A stretch of 64,000 nucleotides of DNA, taken from NCBI RefSeq assembly GCF_009914755.1, contig NC_060932.1. One strand, 5' to 3'. The notes beneath the pieces are model-generated. The model searched no databases and was not told the DNA's origin. It saw nothing but the letters and a program-made list of their open reading frames with translations. The DNA is from the human T2T-CHM13v2.0 reference genome, Homo sapiens. Below, piece after piece: positions 47,250 to 60,800 of the stretch (the first letter of the stretch is position 1; every line of letters begins with the position of its first letter). A program made the translations under genes and the position numbers.

Positions 47250-47469
47250 TTTATCAATTGATAGTTTAGAAGTTGCCTATGGTCTTCTGAAAGAAATATT
47301 ATTTAGACTTTATTGGACAATGAATTAATTCACTAGGGAATAAATTACTTGTAAATCAATAATTTAAAAACTTTTTAAAATTTCCAACTTCTACTTTAGA
47401 AATAACTTTTTAGTTACCCACAGAGAACCACGGAAACTTGTTTTCATAACCTTAGTTTTTTTAGGCAAG

Positions 47470-47963
47470 AACTCTGAAGGGTCTAAGATTTGATTGTACT
47501 TGCAAACTTACAAGGTAGCCTGCTGCAGTTCTTAGCATGATGGCAGAAGACCCGAGATTCCTAGGTTAGAGAAAAAGGACTTTTATTACTCATGGCCAGC
47601 AACTAGCATGGGCTTATTTGTATCACTTCTTGCCTATTCGTTTCAGGTCTCCCCTGGGACCCAGAGAGATGTTTACATAAGCAATGAATTATGTTACAGG
47701 AAAGGAATCTTGAGTTTAGGGAATCTAGATTTTTGTAACGTGCAGTACACATATCCTTTTTTTTACTCTGGAGAATGTATTATCTCTACTCCCTAAAGCT
47801 ATAAGCACACTTGCACTGTACTCCAGGGGAAGATACTATTTCTGTCTTTCAAGGCTATTTGCTGTACAAGCATTGATGAGAGGATAATCTGAAACAAATG
47901 GTGTCACTGCCTCTCTAAGATGTGCAGAAATGTGACAGAGTCATAGAAAATTGTCTCTTAATA
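47470..47963 (-). mobile_element. LTR40-like ERVL LTR
   Basis: ttcaaggctatttgctgtacaa...aagatgtgcagaaatgtga...aaattgtctcttaa; same family as 8640-8944. Confidence 0.65.
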
Positions 47964-48204
47964 GTTTTCTGTTGATTTAAGGCAAAGTACATAAGTGAAA
48001 GGCCTCTAATATTTATTGAAAACCTAGGTCTATAAAACAGTATTAGATAATTAGACACTGTAGGATGCACTGTGATGAGAAAGCCATAGCCTAGGAGTTC
48101 AGGCATGTACACACACATATACTATAAACACAGTGGCATAAATGTTCCTTTTGAGGCAAGGTCACATAGCAGTTAATAGTCTGAGCTTGATGTCAAAGAT
48201 GCTG

Positions 48205-48440
48205 GAATAGCTATAGCATAGTAGTTGAGAGTTGGGGCTAAACTCCTTGAGTTTAAATCTCAGCCCCACTGATTATCATTTGACACACGGTGTTTACCCT
48301 CTTTTGTTGTTCAGTTTCCTCATTGTTGGAATTTATATTAGTACCTACCTCATAGAGTAGTTGGGAGGATTAAGTGACTTACTATAGGAAAGAACCTAGA
48401 ACAGTCTCCAAAGCATACTATCTGTTCAATAAAGGTTAGC
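48205..48440 (+). mobile_element. MIR
   Basis: tatagcatagtagttgagag...tcagtttcctcat...agtacctacctcatag...gaggattaagtga. Confidence 0.75.
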
Positions 48441-49179
48441 TTTATAAAACCTAACTTCTTTTACTTTCTCATTGTAAACTTAAGTTACTTAACTTTCGCT
48501 CTGAGTCACATTTTCCTCACTTATAAAATGAGAGTGATAATATCTCATTGGTTGACTGTGAGTCATAAGTTAAAAATGTATTGAATGTGGTTAATAAAGA
48601 CTTAAAAACTGTTAGCTGCTATTATTAATAGAGGAGCATATACTACACGTAATTCAAGGGATAGATCTGGATTTTTCTTTCTACCTTTTTAAATGTCTTT
48701 CACTTAGTCACAGCTGGGTAATAATGTAAGGTGGTGGGGGCAACCCGTACTATACAGTGAGACCTGCTTCTATTCTTGATTTTGTCACTAATTCATTTAT
48801 TCCAAAAATGAATTGGCAAAAGATAAATAGGACAGAGTCCCTTGCCTTTAAAAATCTCACAGTAGTGGGTCAAGCCACTTTCATTCTTCTACATAGCTCC
48901 GAGGAAGCAAATGTGATCAGGAGGTGGTTTCTGACCTGGGTCATGAAAGATTAGTTGGGAGTTGGGACAATGTGAACAAAGGCACAGAGAGACCACAAAA
49001 AAAAAAAAAAAAAAAAAGAAAAAAAAAGCAGTCTGTTTTCAGAGAACAGTAACAAATTCAGTTTAGCCACCTTAGAGTCTGAAGGGGCAGGTTGGGTTGA
49101 TCAATGGAAGCAGGGCAGGGAAGGATCTAAGTGCCAGTTTCAGGGTTTTCAGGGTTTAACCTTAATTCCACAGGCCCTG

Positions 49180-50350
49180 TGAAACTATTAATGGTGCTGC
49201 CGCAGCTGCTAAGCTAAGCTGAGCCAAAAGCAGGACACTTAGAGAAAAATCAGATTCTCAGCCTGTTGAAACTGGAGATGCAACTGACCCAGCCTTTTTT
49301 GTTATATTAACAAGTGAGAAGTGCTCCCAACTTAATAAACATGGGAAGGAACCATCAATCACCACCGGAAGTCACCTAATCATCCCTAATTGCTATGATA
49401 GATAACACTACCTGAATAAGGCCCTAAAATATAAAGGCTAAACATTGATTTAGGGAAAAGACGAGCATTTGGGGTTAAAATTACACTCCGTGGTAGTAAG
49501 CATAAAGTGTGATCAAGAGTTTAGAAGGGAATTGCCTTGATGTTTATGGGAATGTTTTACCCCCCAGGCCACAAGGACCTGCAGTGATTCTATTTAGCTA
49601 TTTAAGGTTAAAAATACTGCTCCGTGGGAGCTTACTTCTTAGCACATGAGACATTTGCTCAAATGTTTACATGGCTTTACAATATTTAGCAGAGTTAGAT
49701 ATTGAATTGCCAAGTATGTACATTTTATTGTAGTGCTGTTACATCAGTCCCCAAACTCTAGCATAAAATATTCTCATTAACTGCTATTACGTTCATCAAA
49801 CACATAACTTCTCGGCAGGGCTCTAGCTCCCTAGGCAAGCCCATCATCAGCCCCCTTACTTCAAGCAAGTGCATAAGCACCAGCTGTCAAGGGCGCTTTC
49901 AATCCAGCTGTCAAGCCAGGTGTGGTAGGCGCTGTGCTGCGCTCTGATGTTAATGATGGATTAATTAAGGCGGTGTGTGTATTCATGCAGTGGAATCTGG
50001 AGAGCAGTTTGTGTACTGCTTTTGGCTGGAGTTCTACTGTAGTCCTCAGTGTATTCCTTGGGGGCCTTCTCTCAACTTGCCAACAGGTCTGTACACTGCA
50101 TTCAAAAGCAAACAATCAGCTTATCTGAACTAAAAACAAAGAACTCCATGACTAATTCACCAAAGCTTGTGATCTTGACAGAGAAAGCACAGCACTTATT
50201 TGACAGATCCATAAAAAGAGGGGGAGGTGTTCTTTTCTCCTTACTTTTGCAGAGTAGACCAATCTGTAGGTATATTGCTTATGCTTCATAAACAAATGAC
50301 ATGTTGTGTTATTCAGAGCTCATCAGATAATAGGATTTTGCTACATTTAA
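49180..50350. promoter_or_regulatory. Candidate enhancer with PBX-HOX, MEIS, E-box and ETS motifs
   Basis: No recognisable repeat; TGATTGATGG(-) 49352-49361, CCGGAAGT 49365-49372, CCAGCTGTCAAG x2 at 49880 and 49904, TGATGGAT 49954, TGACAG 50176 and 50201; motif evidence only. Confidence 0.45.
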
Positions 50351-50490
50351 ATGTTTTCTAAAAATATATATTTTTTATATTTGTGCAGGATGGCAATAAT
50401 AACAATATTATTGGCCTTTGCAGTTGCTCTTCCCCCCATATTAGTTGTCTTTTTTGTTACCAATACAATCTTTGACTTTTGACTACAGAG

Positions 50491-50618
50491 TTTTTATTTT
50501 TTATTTTCAACTTTTATTTAGGTTCAGGGGGTACATGTGCAGGTTTGTTACATGGGTAAATTGCATGTTGCGGAGTTTTGGTGTACAGATTATTTCATCA
50601 CCCAGGTAATGAGCATTG
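50491..50618 (-). mobile_element. Very short 3' end of an older L1PA
   Basis: T-tract followed by ggggtacatgtgcaggtttgttacatgggtaaattg. Confidence 0.8.
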
Positions 50619-53600
50619 GCGTTTTAAGTTACTACCTCTGTCTCACTCACCACTGGTGGTGTCCTATCTGTTAACACATTTCTTAGGGCTTGGGGTCCTA
50701 GTACCTATGGGCTCAAATGCTTTGATCCTGGTGTAGATTTCATTATATTTTGGTTGAGAAATGCAGGCTTTCTTTTTGTAGATGGAATAATAACGATGTT
50801 AGCAATAGTAATAATAATAGCTACAATTCATTAAGCACCTATTATGTGCTGAACTCTGTGTGGAATATGTACCTAATCTTACAAGCACATTAGCATAAAT
50901 GATCATATTTATTCATGCATTTCAGAGAAGAAGTTAAAGTTTGGAGAAATTAAATAATTTTCCCAGAGTTGTGTAACTCATAATGAAGAATGGAATACAT
51001 TTGGAGGGAATAGATATTGAAGAATCATTAGGGATTCATCAGGGAGAAAAACAGGGTACCTGTCAGGAAGCAAACCTAGGAGGTGAATAGCCTGGAGGCT
51101 GATAAGCACAATGCCTATTAGGAAACAATAAGAACCTGGCATTGCTGCAGCACACAAACCTAGAATAGAGAGATAGGATCGGGGAGGACAGAGAAAATGT
51201 CATGGTAAGGTGTTTGAACTGGACTTTATTCTCTTCACAGAGAAGAACGGGTGAAAAGGTATGATCAATTTTGCTTTTTGAACAATAATGACAATGAGAA
51301 TGCATTGAGGTGAGAGCGTCTGGTAAGAGAATGCCGTTAAGAAATTATACCATTGATGTATACTCTACACCAGTGACAGAAAGTAAAGCAGAAAGGTGAG
51401 CTTTGCATATTCATTGCACTGCAGTCTGCTCTAGGAAGCTGTTAGACTAGAAAAATGTCAGACAACTGAACACACCACTACTTGCCTCTTCATAAAACAG
51501 CTAACGTCTGAGTGACTAATGCATGCCAGGCCCTGTTTTAAGTACATTAGGGATATTAACTCATTTGGTCCTCCCAACAAGCCTGTGAGGTACACATAGT
51601 AAAATGGAGGGACCAGGTGATGAATCCACAGAGGTTGCTTTTCAGGTTTGCTATCTTGACAACAGAATGAGGTGGTATTTTAGGAAGATATTTTATTTTA
51701 TATTATTTTATTAGTTTTATTATTATGATAATTAGCTATTGTAGTTTATCACTCAGGAACATTTATGATGCTCTTTACATCAATTATATGTATATATATA
51801 AAATTGTCAATAACAAGGTGTTTTGCTTGAGAACTCTCTGAAGAGGTTTTGAAGAATTCCTGGGACAGCGTTTTTTTGTTGAAGTTTAACATTTAGGTAA
51901 TGACAATTAGATCATATTATATCTCGATATCAAGGAAATATTTTATATACTACCTCCCAAGTTCTCGCCAGAAAAATAAATTCTCAATGGCTTGAATGTG
52001 CACTACTGTCAAATGGATTTAAAACACAGTGAAGGGACCCTAAGCAAAGGGTAATGATAGCAATAATAATGATAAATGGCAATGCACTGAGTTAGGACCA
52101 GGGTGCACACTTGGCTGCTTTTATTTAAGATGTCTTGGTAATGTTAAAGCCGCAAAAAGCATTAATAAATGAGTATGTAGGGTTATAATCTGAAATCTTG
52201 TTGCAGAAATCTTGGTCCTTGCTGAATGTAATTATATGTTGCTATTGTTATTTAATTAAAGATTTAAAAATAACATCAATTAGCCTGCAGGATATATCAA
52301 GTATCACAGATATTTCAAGAACCTTCATTGGTTGTTTATTGTTATGCAAACCAGGACTACTAAACTGCCAGAGTGAACAAACTCTAAGTTTTCAAGGTGA
52401 AGGAAAAAAAGAAATGGAAATGGACTTTAGTTCCAGCTAACGATGTTAATTTTTTTTTTTGCAACATATAGATTTCCCAGATACAATTACAAGGATTTAA
52501 ACCTACAACCTATGTTAACCAGCTTGTGCATAACTTAAAATAGTAATAACAGACACATAAAAGTGAATTTAAAAATGAAAATGTACCTATTTTTTAAAGA
52601 GATTATAAAATAAAATTAATGCGTATATGCAAATTTTCTTTGCTATGACTTCATAATTTGTAATGGTATTCAGCTTGACAATGTTTACACTTGTTAATGA
52701 CTTCCTTTATGAGTGATAATTGATCTACTTCATTATCATATTAAATCCTTGATCATATGCCATTAGGTTTGATGTAATAAATGATCTGTGTGATTTTTAG
52801 TGTAATGAACTAATTAGACTAATTAAAATCAATATGTGTGCCAATATTATACTTTGAATCCAAATGCTCCCTCTAACTGTGCTGGCTTAAAATCAGCAAC
52901 TCAGTAAAAAGGATCTAATGCTGATTTATGAGCACTTGAGGAACATGAGGCAGAATAAATTGCTTGTGGTAGTAGAGACAGCATTAGTGAAGTATAAGAT
53001 ACTAAGTGCATTGTAAGGTCAGCAATAAGGGTGTACTTACACATGTAGTTATATGGCACCTTAAACCTCCTCTTAATATATCATAACATCCTAGCAAAAT
53101 TATTTGGTTTAAATGCCAGCTTTTTTAGTCTACTCTTTTTTATAAATAACGTTGCAAAAATGCAAGTATTCCAGTTGTGTAATCAGTCTACAACTCTAAT
53201 GAAAATACACATATGAAGTTTGATAAATGTTTTTAAATAATTGATTTATATTCTGTAAGAGTAACGAAAACACATTCCAAAGAAAAGATTACATAAGATC
53301 AATGTGTAATTCTAGAACTTTAAATCATTCATTGTTCATTCAGAAATCTGTAGAAATTATAAATGATAATTTTGGAGAATCAATAAATTCTTCAAAACTA
53401 AGTTAAATTATTTCTTAGAAGAAGCCTTGCCTAAGTCAATAACAGATCTCCAACTTATGTTTCCCTTTTCTATTTCCCAAAATTTTAATTGTATGATAGA
53501 TTGATTAATGGTTATTGAATTTCTAGAGTATAAACTCCACAAGGGCAGAGAACCCACCTCTGATTCTTCCCTATGTAGGTTTAACATAGTGCCTTGTACA

Positions 53601-54826
53601 CAGAAGGCAAAATAGGTTTTATTTAATTTTCTTTTAAATATATGTAATTTAATTTGCTGTTTCAAAAGTTTAAGCAAATCTTATTTTAACGGAAACTAAA
53701 TACCATACCTCATAAGTCAATAAGTAGCTACATAAAAGTTTAAAATCAGATAGCCATATTTTTCTACAGAGCCTGGCACATGTCTTTTGTATTTAATTCC
53801 CTCGAGAGCCGGTGGAAGTTGTAGTCACAAAAGGGAGTCGAACTGGAACGTGGAACTTTGGATTGAATGATTCTAGGCCAGATCAAAGGTTACTCAGTTT
53901 TTCTTTCTTACTGATATAAGGGTTTATATCTATGCTAGCAAATGGAGACAGTAAATAATGTCTTTGGATAATTTCCTGGCAGGTTTGTTTTACCTGTGTC
54001 TTCTAATGATTCAAATATAGGTAAGCATTTACTGTGAGCAGCTGATTTATCTTTGGGAGAGTAATCTCTAGTGATTTGACTGTGAGGCAACGTAAAAGAG
54101 ATTCTCAAGGCATTTTCTCCAGTCCACTCAGAGCTTTGTTTCTCCCATTTTTTTTTCCTTCACATGCCCCATAGCTTCAGCTCATCACTCATTTAAACAT
54201 ATACACATATTAGTTGAGAATTTATGGAAGCATTATAGGTTCTCAGACAGAGCACAAGTTTCCTGGTCCTAAGCCATTTCTCATCTAGGAAGAAAGGTAA
54301 GACATGTACATACATAGTTCTAATCTAAAGTGATATGTGGTAAATCTTGGAAAGAGCTTCAAATAATTTGCTAATAGAAATTTAAAGATCAGCTGATGAT
54401 TTCTGGCAGTGTGATTTGGGAAAGCTTTGTAATAAAGGTAGCATTCAAACTGAACTTTGATGGCTGAAATGAATTTTCTCAGTCTGGGATGGAAAGTGAC
54501 CACTCTGGAGAGAATGAAACACATAATCTTCCTATTCTTAAATAAGGTGAACTATCGTAATCCAGACTAACTAGATGGGTAAGGGCAGCAGTCTAAATGA
54601 GCGCAAAGATGAATTATAGATTAGCCCTTCCTACTGTTTTCAAGTACTTGAAATAACTGTCAATTTTATAAATAAAGTGGTATCTAACAGAGATCCTAAG
54701 TAATTTTTACAGGTAAGATATAAGTATTATGACAGGTTGTTAAGAACTTCTAACATATAATGAGAATCTTATGAAATACCTTTTTAAGCTATAAATTCTA
54801 ATTTTTTATCACATAGGAAACCTGTA

Positions 54827-55204
<378 letters not shown>

Positions 55205-56653
55205 CTAAAGATGCTCTCAAATCTTAGGCAAAACTCCAGTGCATAACATGGGTAAGCATGGACATCCTCTCATTGAAACTAGGATCGATCCATTCTTTTG
55301 CCCTTCTTCCCATTCCCTGAAACAACCCACAAGCTGCTTATTCGTCTGCTTAACACAGGTGGAAAAAACATGTATAAGTAGTACCATTTAACATTATGAC
55401 ATATGGGTTTGTCTCAAAGCACTGCTGCTCCAGAGTGACCACTCAGAAATGTTGTCTATTATTACTGTTGTGATTCTCCTCACTTGGAGACTCAGGAGAC
55501 TGGAAGTCTCAGTTCTGACATAGTTGGGCTTTGTGATTTTATGACAATAGCTTGACCTGACAAGGTCTCAGCATCCTCATGTTTAAATTAGTGGGTTTTG
55601 AGCTAAGTAATAAAGTTTTTCCCAGTGATGTCATATTATTCTTCTAGTAATAATAGTGTTTTAACCCTCCCAGAGATAATTTGAATTTTTAAAGCATTAT
55701 TATTTTTTAAGAAAGAATAATCCCATGGTGGAATTGAGACAGCGTGACAAATGAAGTAAAAGTATTCAGGTATTTAGGGGAAGAGTATTTTGGTTCAGGG
55801 GCCCCTGCATAGGCAGACTAGCTCTGTCTAAAATCATCCTTCTTAGAATTAGACAATGTTTCTTTGCCCTATTTAATAACCGTCACAAGTTCCCTAAATT
55901 GCCTCTCTTCCTGTTCCTATTTATCTGTATCTATTCTCCTCTCTCTGTTTGTATCTGCCTTTCTCTTGCCCTCCTCATTTGTCTCTTCACCGGTGAGGTC
56001 CTAGGCTACAGAGGAAAGACAGGTATAAGCAAGAAGTTACACTTAATCTGACAATATTTAGCTTATTTTTCTAAATAGGCATGTTTTCTAATCTAATGTA
56101 TTTTTCTGATAGCAAATCTATCAAGTATATGCACTATTAAATCTGCAGGAAACAGAGGCTACATTATTTCTGCTTAAATATTTAATGCCTGCACTGTGAA
56201 TCATTTCACAATTGTTCACTAAAAATCCCTGGTTCATTTCTCTGGTTCATCTAGATGTCTTTGACTTGCATGATGGTTGCCGAGAAAAAATAGATGATTG
56301 AGTGTTTTGCTTCTTTGAGGCTAATCTCTATCATTTGATTGTAATAAATGAAAACAGGCATAATTGATTTTTAAAAAGACAGTAACACTGTTACACTTTG
56401 CTGGTGGACTTTCATGTGCATTCTGCAGGCAGATGGTGTTAAATTAGAAAGAGGATTGGGCTTGGTTGCAACTTTGGGATGGCCTCGGCTCTTCTACTTG
56501 TTAGTTGTATGATGGAGAACAACTCGCTAAAAAGTGAGGATGATAGTATCTTCTGTCATTCATTTGAAGCATTGTAAAGATTGCATGAAATACTGCATGT
56601 GAATGCAATTCAGAAACTTATAATGGTTCATAAACTCATAAGGATTTGATCAT

Positions 56654-57033
56654 TGTATTAGTCGATTTTCACACTGCTATGAAGAACTACCCGAGGCTGG
56701 GTAATTTATGAAGAAAAGATGTTTGACTCACAGTTCCACAGGCTTAACAGGAAGCATGACTGGGAGGCCTCAGGAAACTTACAATCATGGCAAAAGGCAA
56801 CAGGAAGCAAGCACCTTCACATAGTGGCAGGAGAGAGAGAGAGCAAGCAAAGGGGGAAGTGCTACACATCTTTAAACAACCAGATCTCATGAGAACACAC
56901 TCACTATCATGAGAATAGCAAGGGGGAAATCTGTCCCCCTGATCCAGTCACCTCCCTCAAGGTCCCTCCTTGACACATGGGGATTACAACTTGACATGAG
57001 ATTTGGGTGGGAACATACAGCCAAACCATATCA
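56654..57033 (-). mobile_element. THE1D-like MaLR solo LTR
   Basis: tgtattagtc...gaggcctcaggaaacttacaatcatggc...gccaaaccatatca; 5-bp TSD ATCAT 56649-56653 / 57034-57038. Confidence 0.9.
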
Positions 57034-60000
57034 ATCATGAATTCTTACTATGCATACAACTAGAAAATTTCACCTGCATATTTAAATATGTTGAACAAAA
57101 TACAGATGTTATGTATGTAGGACAGGAAAAATAAAAGCTGAAAACTGCGATCTGTGGAATGGGTATAAAGAATAAGCCCTGGTCTGTAAGAGAGAGTTGA
57201 GTAACAAAAAAGCAACCACAACAGGAGTTTCCAAGAAAAGTATATTTTTTCTTATTTCTGATTGTTATTAAATGGTATGACTTGAGTTTGCTATATGTTT
57301 GTACATTTAAAAATGTTTAATATTTTAATATCTAATGGCACTTATGCCCAAAATGACCCTTATGAATTATTATAAGTCAAGATTAAAAGACAGAAAATTA
57401 CTACACTCTCACAGTGAAAACAAAACCATACAAATATATATACACATGCATATACTTTAATTTTGAATGGGCAAGAGTTATTTTTACTTTTATTCCAACA
57501 AAAATATTCAAATATTTTTTGTCCCTGTCCGTTTCATTTAAAATTATCTTATTTTTCAGTATTGGAACTTCTGTGGAAGTCAAGGGACACTTCAATATTA
57601 TACCATGTGCATCTTTAATATGTCATTTTAATCTCGAGGTAGTTTAAATTAAAATATTTTCCAGTTGAACACATATTTTGGATTTAATAGCATGCTAGTA
57701 TTGTTACTTTCAAAGAGACATTTTACAAAAAGGAGCATTCAAACCACAAGCATTTTACTTGTTTAATATATTGTCTGTGCATTTTAGGGGCAGATTTATT
57801 TTTGATGGGTTATTGTACTTATTTTAATTCAGTTATCTTTTTTGTCCTCTTTTTGTATGCTAAGTGACATTTTGTGAATCTCTGAAACAAATTGATTTTC
57901 AAGTATATTGAGTCATATAGCTTTCAAAACTCTTTCTTGATGGCGCCCTTGTAGGACCTGACCTACCTGTGTCCTGTGTCCATGAGACTTCATCCTGTCT
58001 CTTTTCTAACAAATATAAACAACATTCGTACTTCTTTACCTGTCTCTTCATATTAGATTCCAAGTTTCTTGAAAGCAGGGCTATATCTCATTTCACTATT
58101 CTTGGTATCTAGACTTGTGCCTGACATTTGATAGTTAATCAAATGATATTTTTGGAAAATAATAAAATGTGAAATAACATATAACACATTTTATTTAGAT
58201 TGCTTCCAGAAAAACATGAGCTGAAAAAAGAATTCCAGCTTTCTGAGCTTAAACCTATATCTAATAAGTATCAAATTCTTCATGTGTGTTAGTTATAGTA
58301 TGTTCATATGTTGACTCTAGTGTATCTGTAACACACTTCTTGATTCTTTATATATAAAAAGTCACTGAATATGTGTTAACATATTTCTCAGGGCTATTGT
58401 AAAAATCAAAGAAGAATCTCTCAGAAAGTACTTTGTAAATAGTAAATTGCTGTAGAAATGTAGTAATAAGTAGAATAAATTAGTAGAAGTAGTAGTAGTC
58501 ATAGTTGTCACTGTTCCATTAATGGTACTGGCTTGTTTTAGTGAGATGTTCAATGCTCAAACATTCCAGGCTTGTTATCTCACCATGCAACCTCTTATTT
58601 ACTCTCGCTTTTATATCTGGAATGCTTACTTATCCCCTCCTGTATAATCTTCTCTGTAGTTTTAACCAAAGTTGCATCAAGTCTCTTCATGGCATCCTTT
58701 AGCGGTGACTTCACAAGATATTGGTCATCTGACACTAATGTTTTTGACACATAGTACTTACTTACCCATTTTCAGATAGTAACATACTAAACTTTTGTTT
58801 CAGTATTGTTGGAATCATTAATTAAGCTACGGTGCACATATCATGCTTAGGCACATGAAGCAAAGTAGGCCAGGTGAACTTCTGCATTCCTAGAAGAAAT
58901 TATTTGAGCTGATTCATCTTAGTGTCTTAGTTTGCCCATTGTTCTTGCCACCCCATTCCTTAAGCTGTCCCTGTCTTTTCCAAGCCAGTCCTTCTGCTTT
59001 TGAAAAATATTTACTATAAACCATTTCATACTTTTCTGATAAATCTCCTCTTAGTGTAAGTTAATTTTGGTTATGCAGGACAGAAAAGCACTAATGGATA
59101 TCTTCATAGTATAGTTAACTTTGGTTAGGGATGACAGAAGAACCCTAATGATACATGGTCCATATATGTATATTATGTTTCTTTTTTCCTAATTAGAATG
59201 AGCAGTTAGTATGTGAGTAATTTTTAATTCCTTTTGAATGTTCAAAATATTTTACACTGTACTTTTCAGTATGTGTACATACTTATGAAATGCTGAATAA
59301 ATAATTTATCACTAAATAATGTCCGATTGAAGTAGAAATAGCAGAAACATACACTTTAAATTTTATGGCATATTTCCTGTGGCATTTAAGTTATAATATC
59401 CACCTGCATTCATGCTGTTAAAGAGAATGACTCAAAATTGAAAAGGGATTACTTTCACACTTCTACCCTTTCCATGTTTAATAGCAATCAGCAACACAAA
59501 ATTGTTTTCTTATCTCAAAACTAAGTGTTAGGGATTTATGGTCCAGTCCTCTTGAGTTTAGAAGGAGCTTGCGTTTCTAAGTAATTCATAATAAGATCAC
59601 TAATTGTTTAGTCACAAGATTAACACAACATTCAGGCCAAAATTCTGAAGCTGGTTTCTAACCAAAATGATATTCAGTTGCAAATTTATTGTCCAATCAG
59701 ACTTTAGTTTTGATACTTTTCATGGATAATCCTTTGTTACCTCTTTTTGGTGACCACATGTATGTGTATGAGGATAGAGGGAAACATAAATTGTCATTTC
59801 AAAAATTATGTTCATAAATTATGAACAACAGAAGACACCAGGAAAAATAATAATTTCACCCCTAGGTATGATTTCTAGAAACAAAGTGGATATTTTGTCT
59901 AAAGGTTAAATGGGCAATATTTTGTGGCTTTTTAAATTACCTGATTTGGGAATGTTAAAATATTCTTTTCTGTTGAAAAACATATGTGAAAATATGCCTC

Positions 60001-60139
60001 TCAACTTATGTGAACTTAGTGAAAACGTTCAGTGATTTTGTTTGTTGCCAATGCTGTTTTTATACTTGTATTGAATTATAGCCATATTGTGTTTATTTAT
60101 GTTATGATGATTAGTATCATTATTTTAAATTTGTGTCTC

Positions 60140-60800
60140 TCTGCTTGCAGACTTCCTCTTGATTGGTACAGTATGACAACAGGTAATAGATACAATAGCA
60201 CTAAAACAGTCATCATCGCTGCTGGGATGAGAAACCCCTCCTCTTTGCTTTTTTTAACCTTCCTCAGCTGGAAAGTTTTGACATCTGCTGGTTTGGGACA
60301 TGGCTGAGCAGCTGTCAGCAGTAGGGTAGCTGCTTTCAGCAGCAGTTGGCGGGATGGCAGGGTGCCAGCTTGTACCATCTGTGCGCCTGACATTTCATTC
60401 TAATTAACAGTAGGGTTAATTGTTCTGGCAGGCTCAAATGTAGTGTCTAACATTACCCAAGGGAAACATGTACAAGTGCAGGAGTGGCAGGGAGCTGGGG
60501 ACAAGCATCGCTAACAAAACCATCGAGGGAGAGTGGTTAACAACTAGCGGTGATTTTACTAGCTGGCCACTTGCAATAAGGCTAAGGTATTTTTTATTCT
60601 GATGAATTATGCCAAGCCTGTAATGATATAGAAGGAATCAAGCTTAGAAAGGCTGAGACTGCTGCCTTAGGGCAATTGTGAGGGAACAATTTGCATGTTA
60701 TTACTGCATATTCATACCTAATTGTGTTAGGCTTTGCTAATAGAGCAGAATGACAGTATGAAAAATCGAGCAACTGCTTTAGAGGCAACAAAGCCAATAT
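60140..60800. promoter_or_regulatory. Candidate conserved non-coding element / enhancer
   Basis: GC-richer unique block in AT-rich flanks; CAGCTGTCA 60309-60317, further TGACA and TAATTA motifs; motif evidence only. Confidence 0.4.

Noticed and set aside
53795-53865. Small CpG-containing patch with a ZNF143-like GACTACAACTTCC motif on the minus strand
   Set aside because: Too short and degenerate; no promoter or tRNA structure
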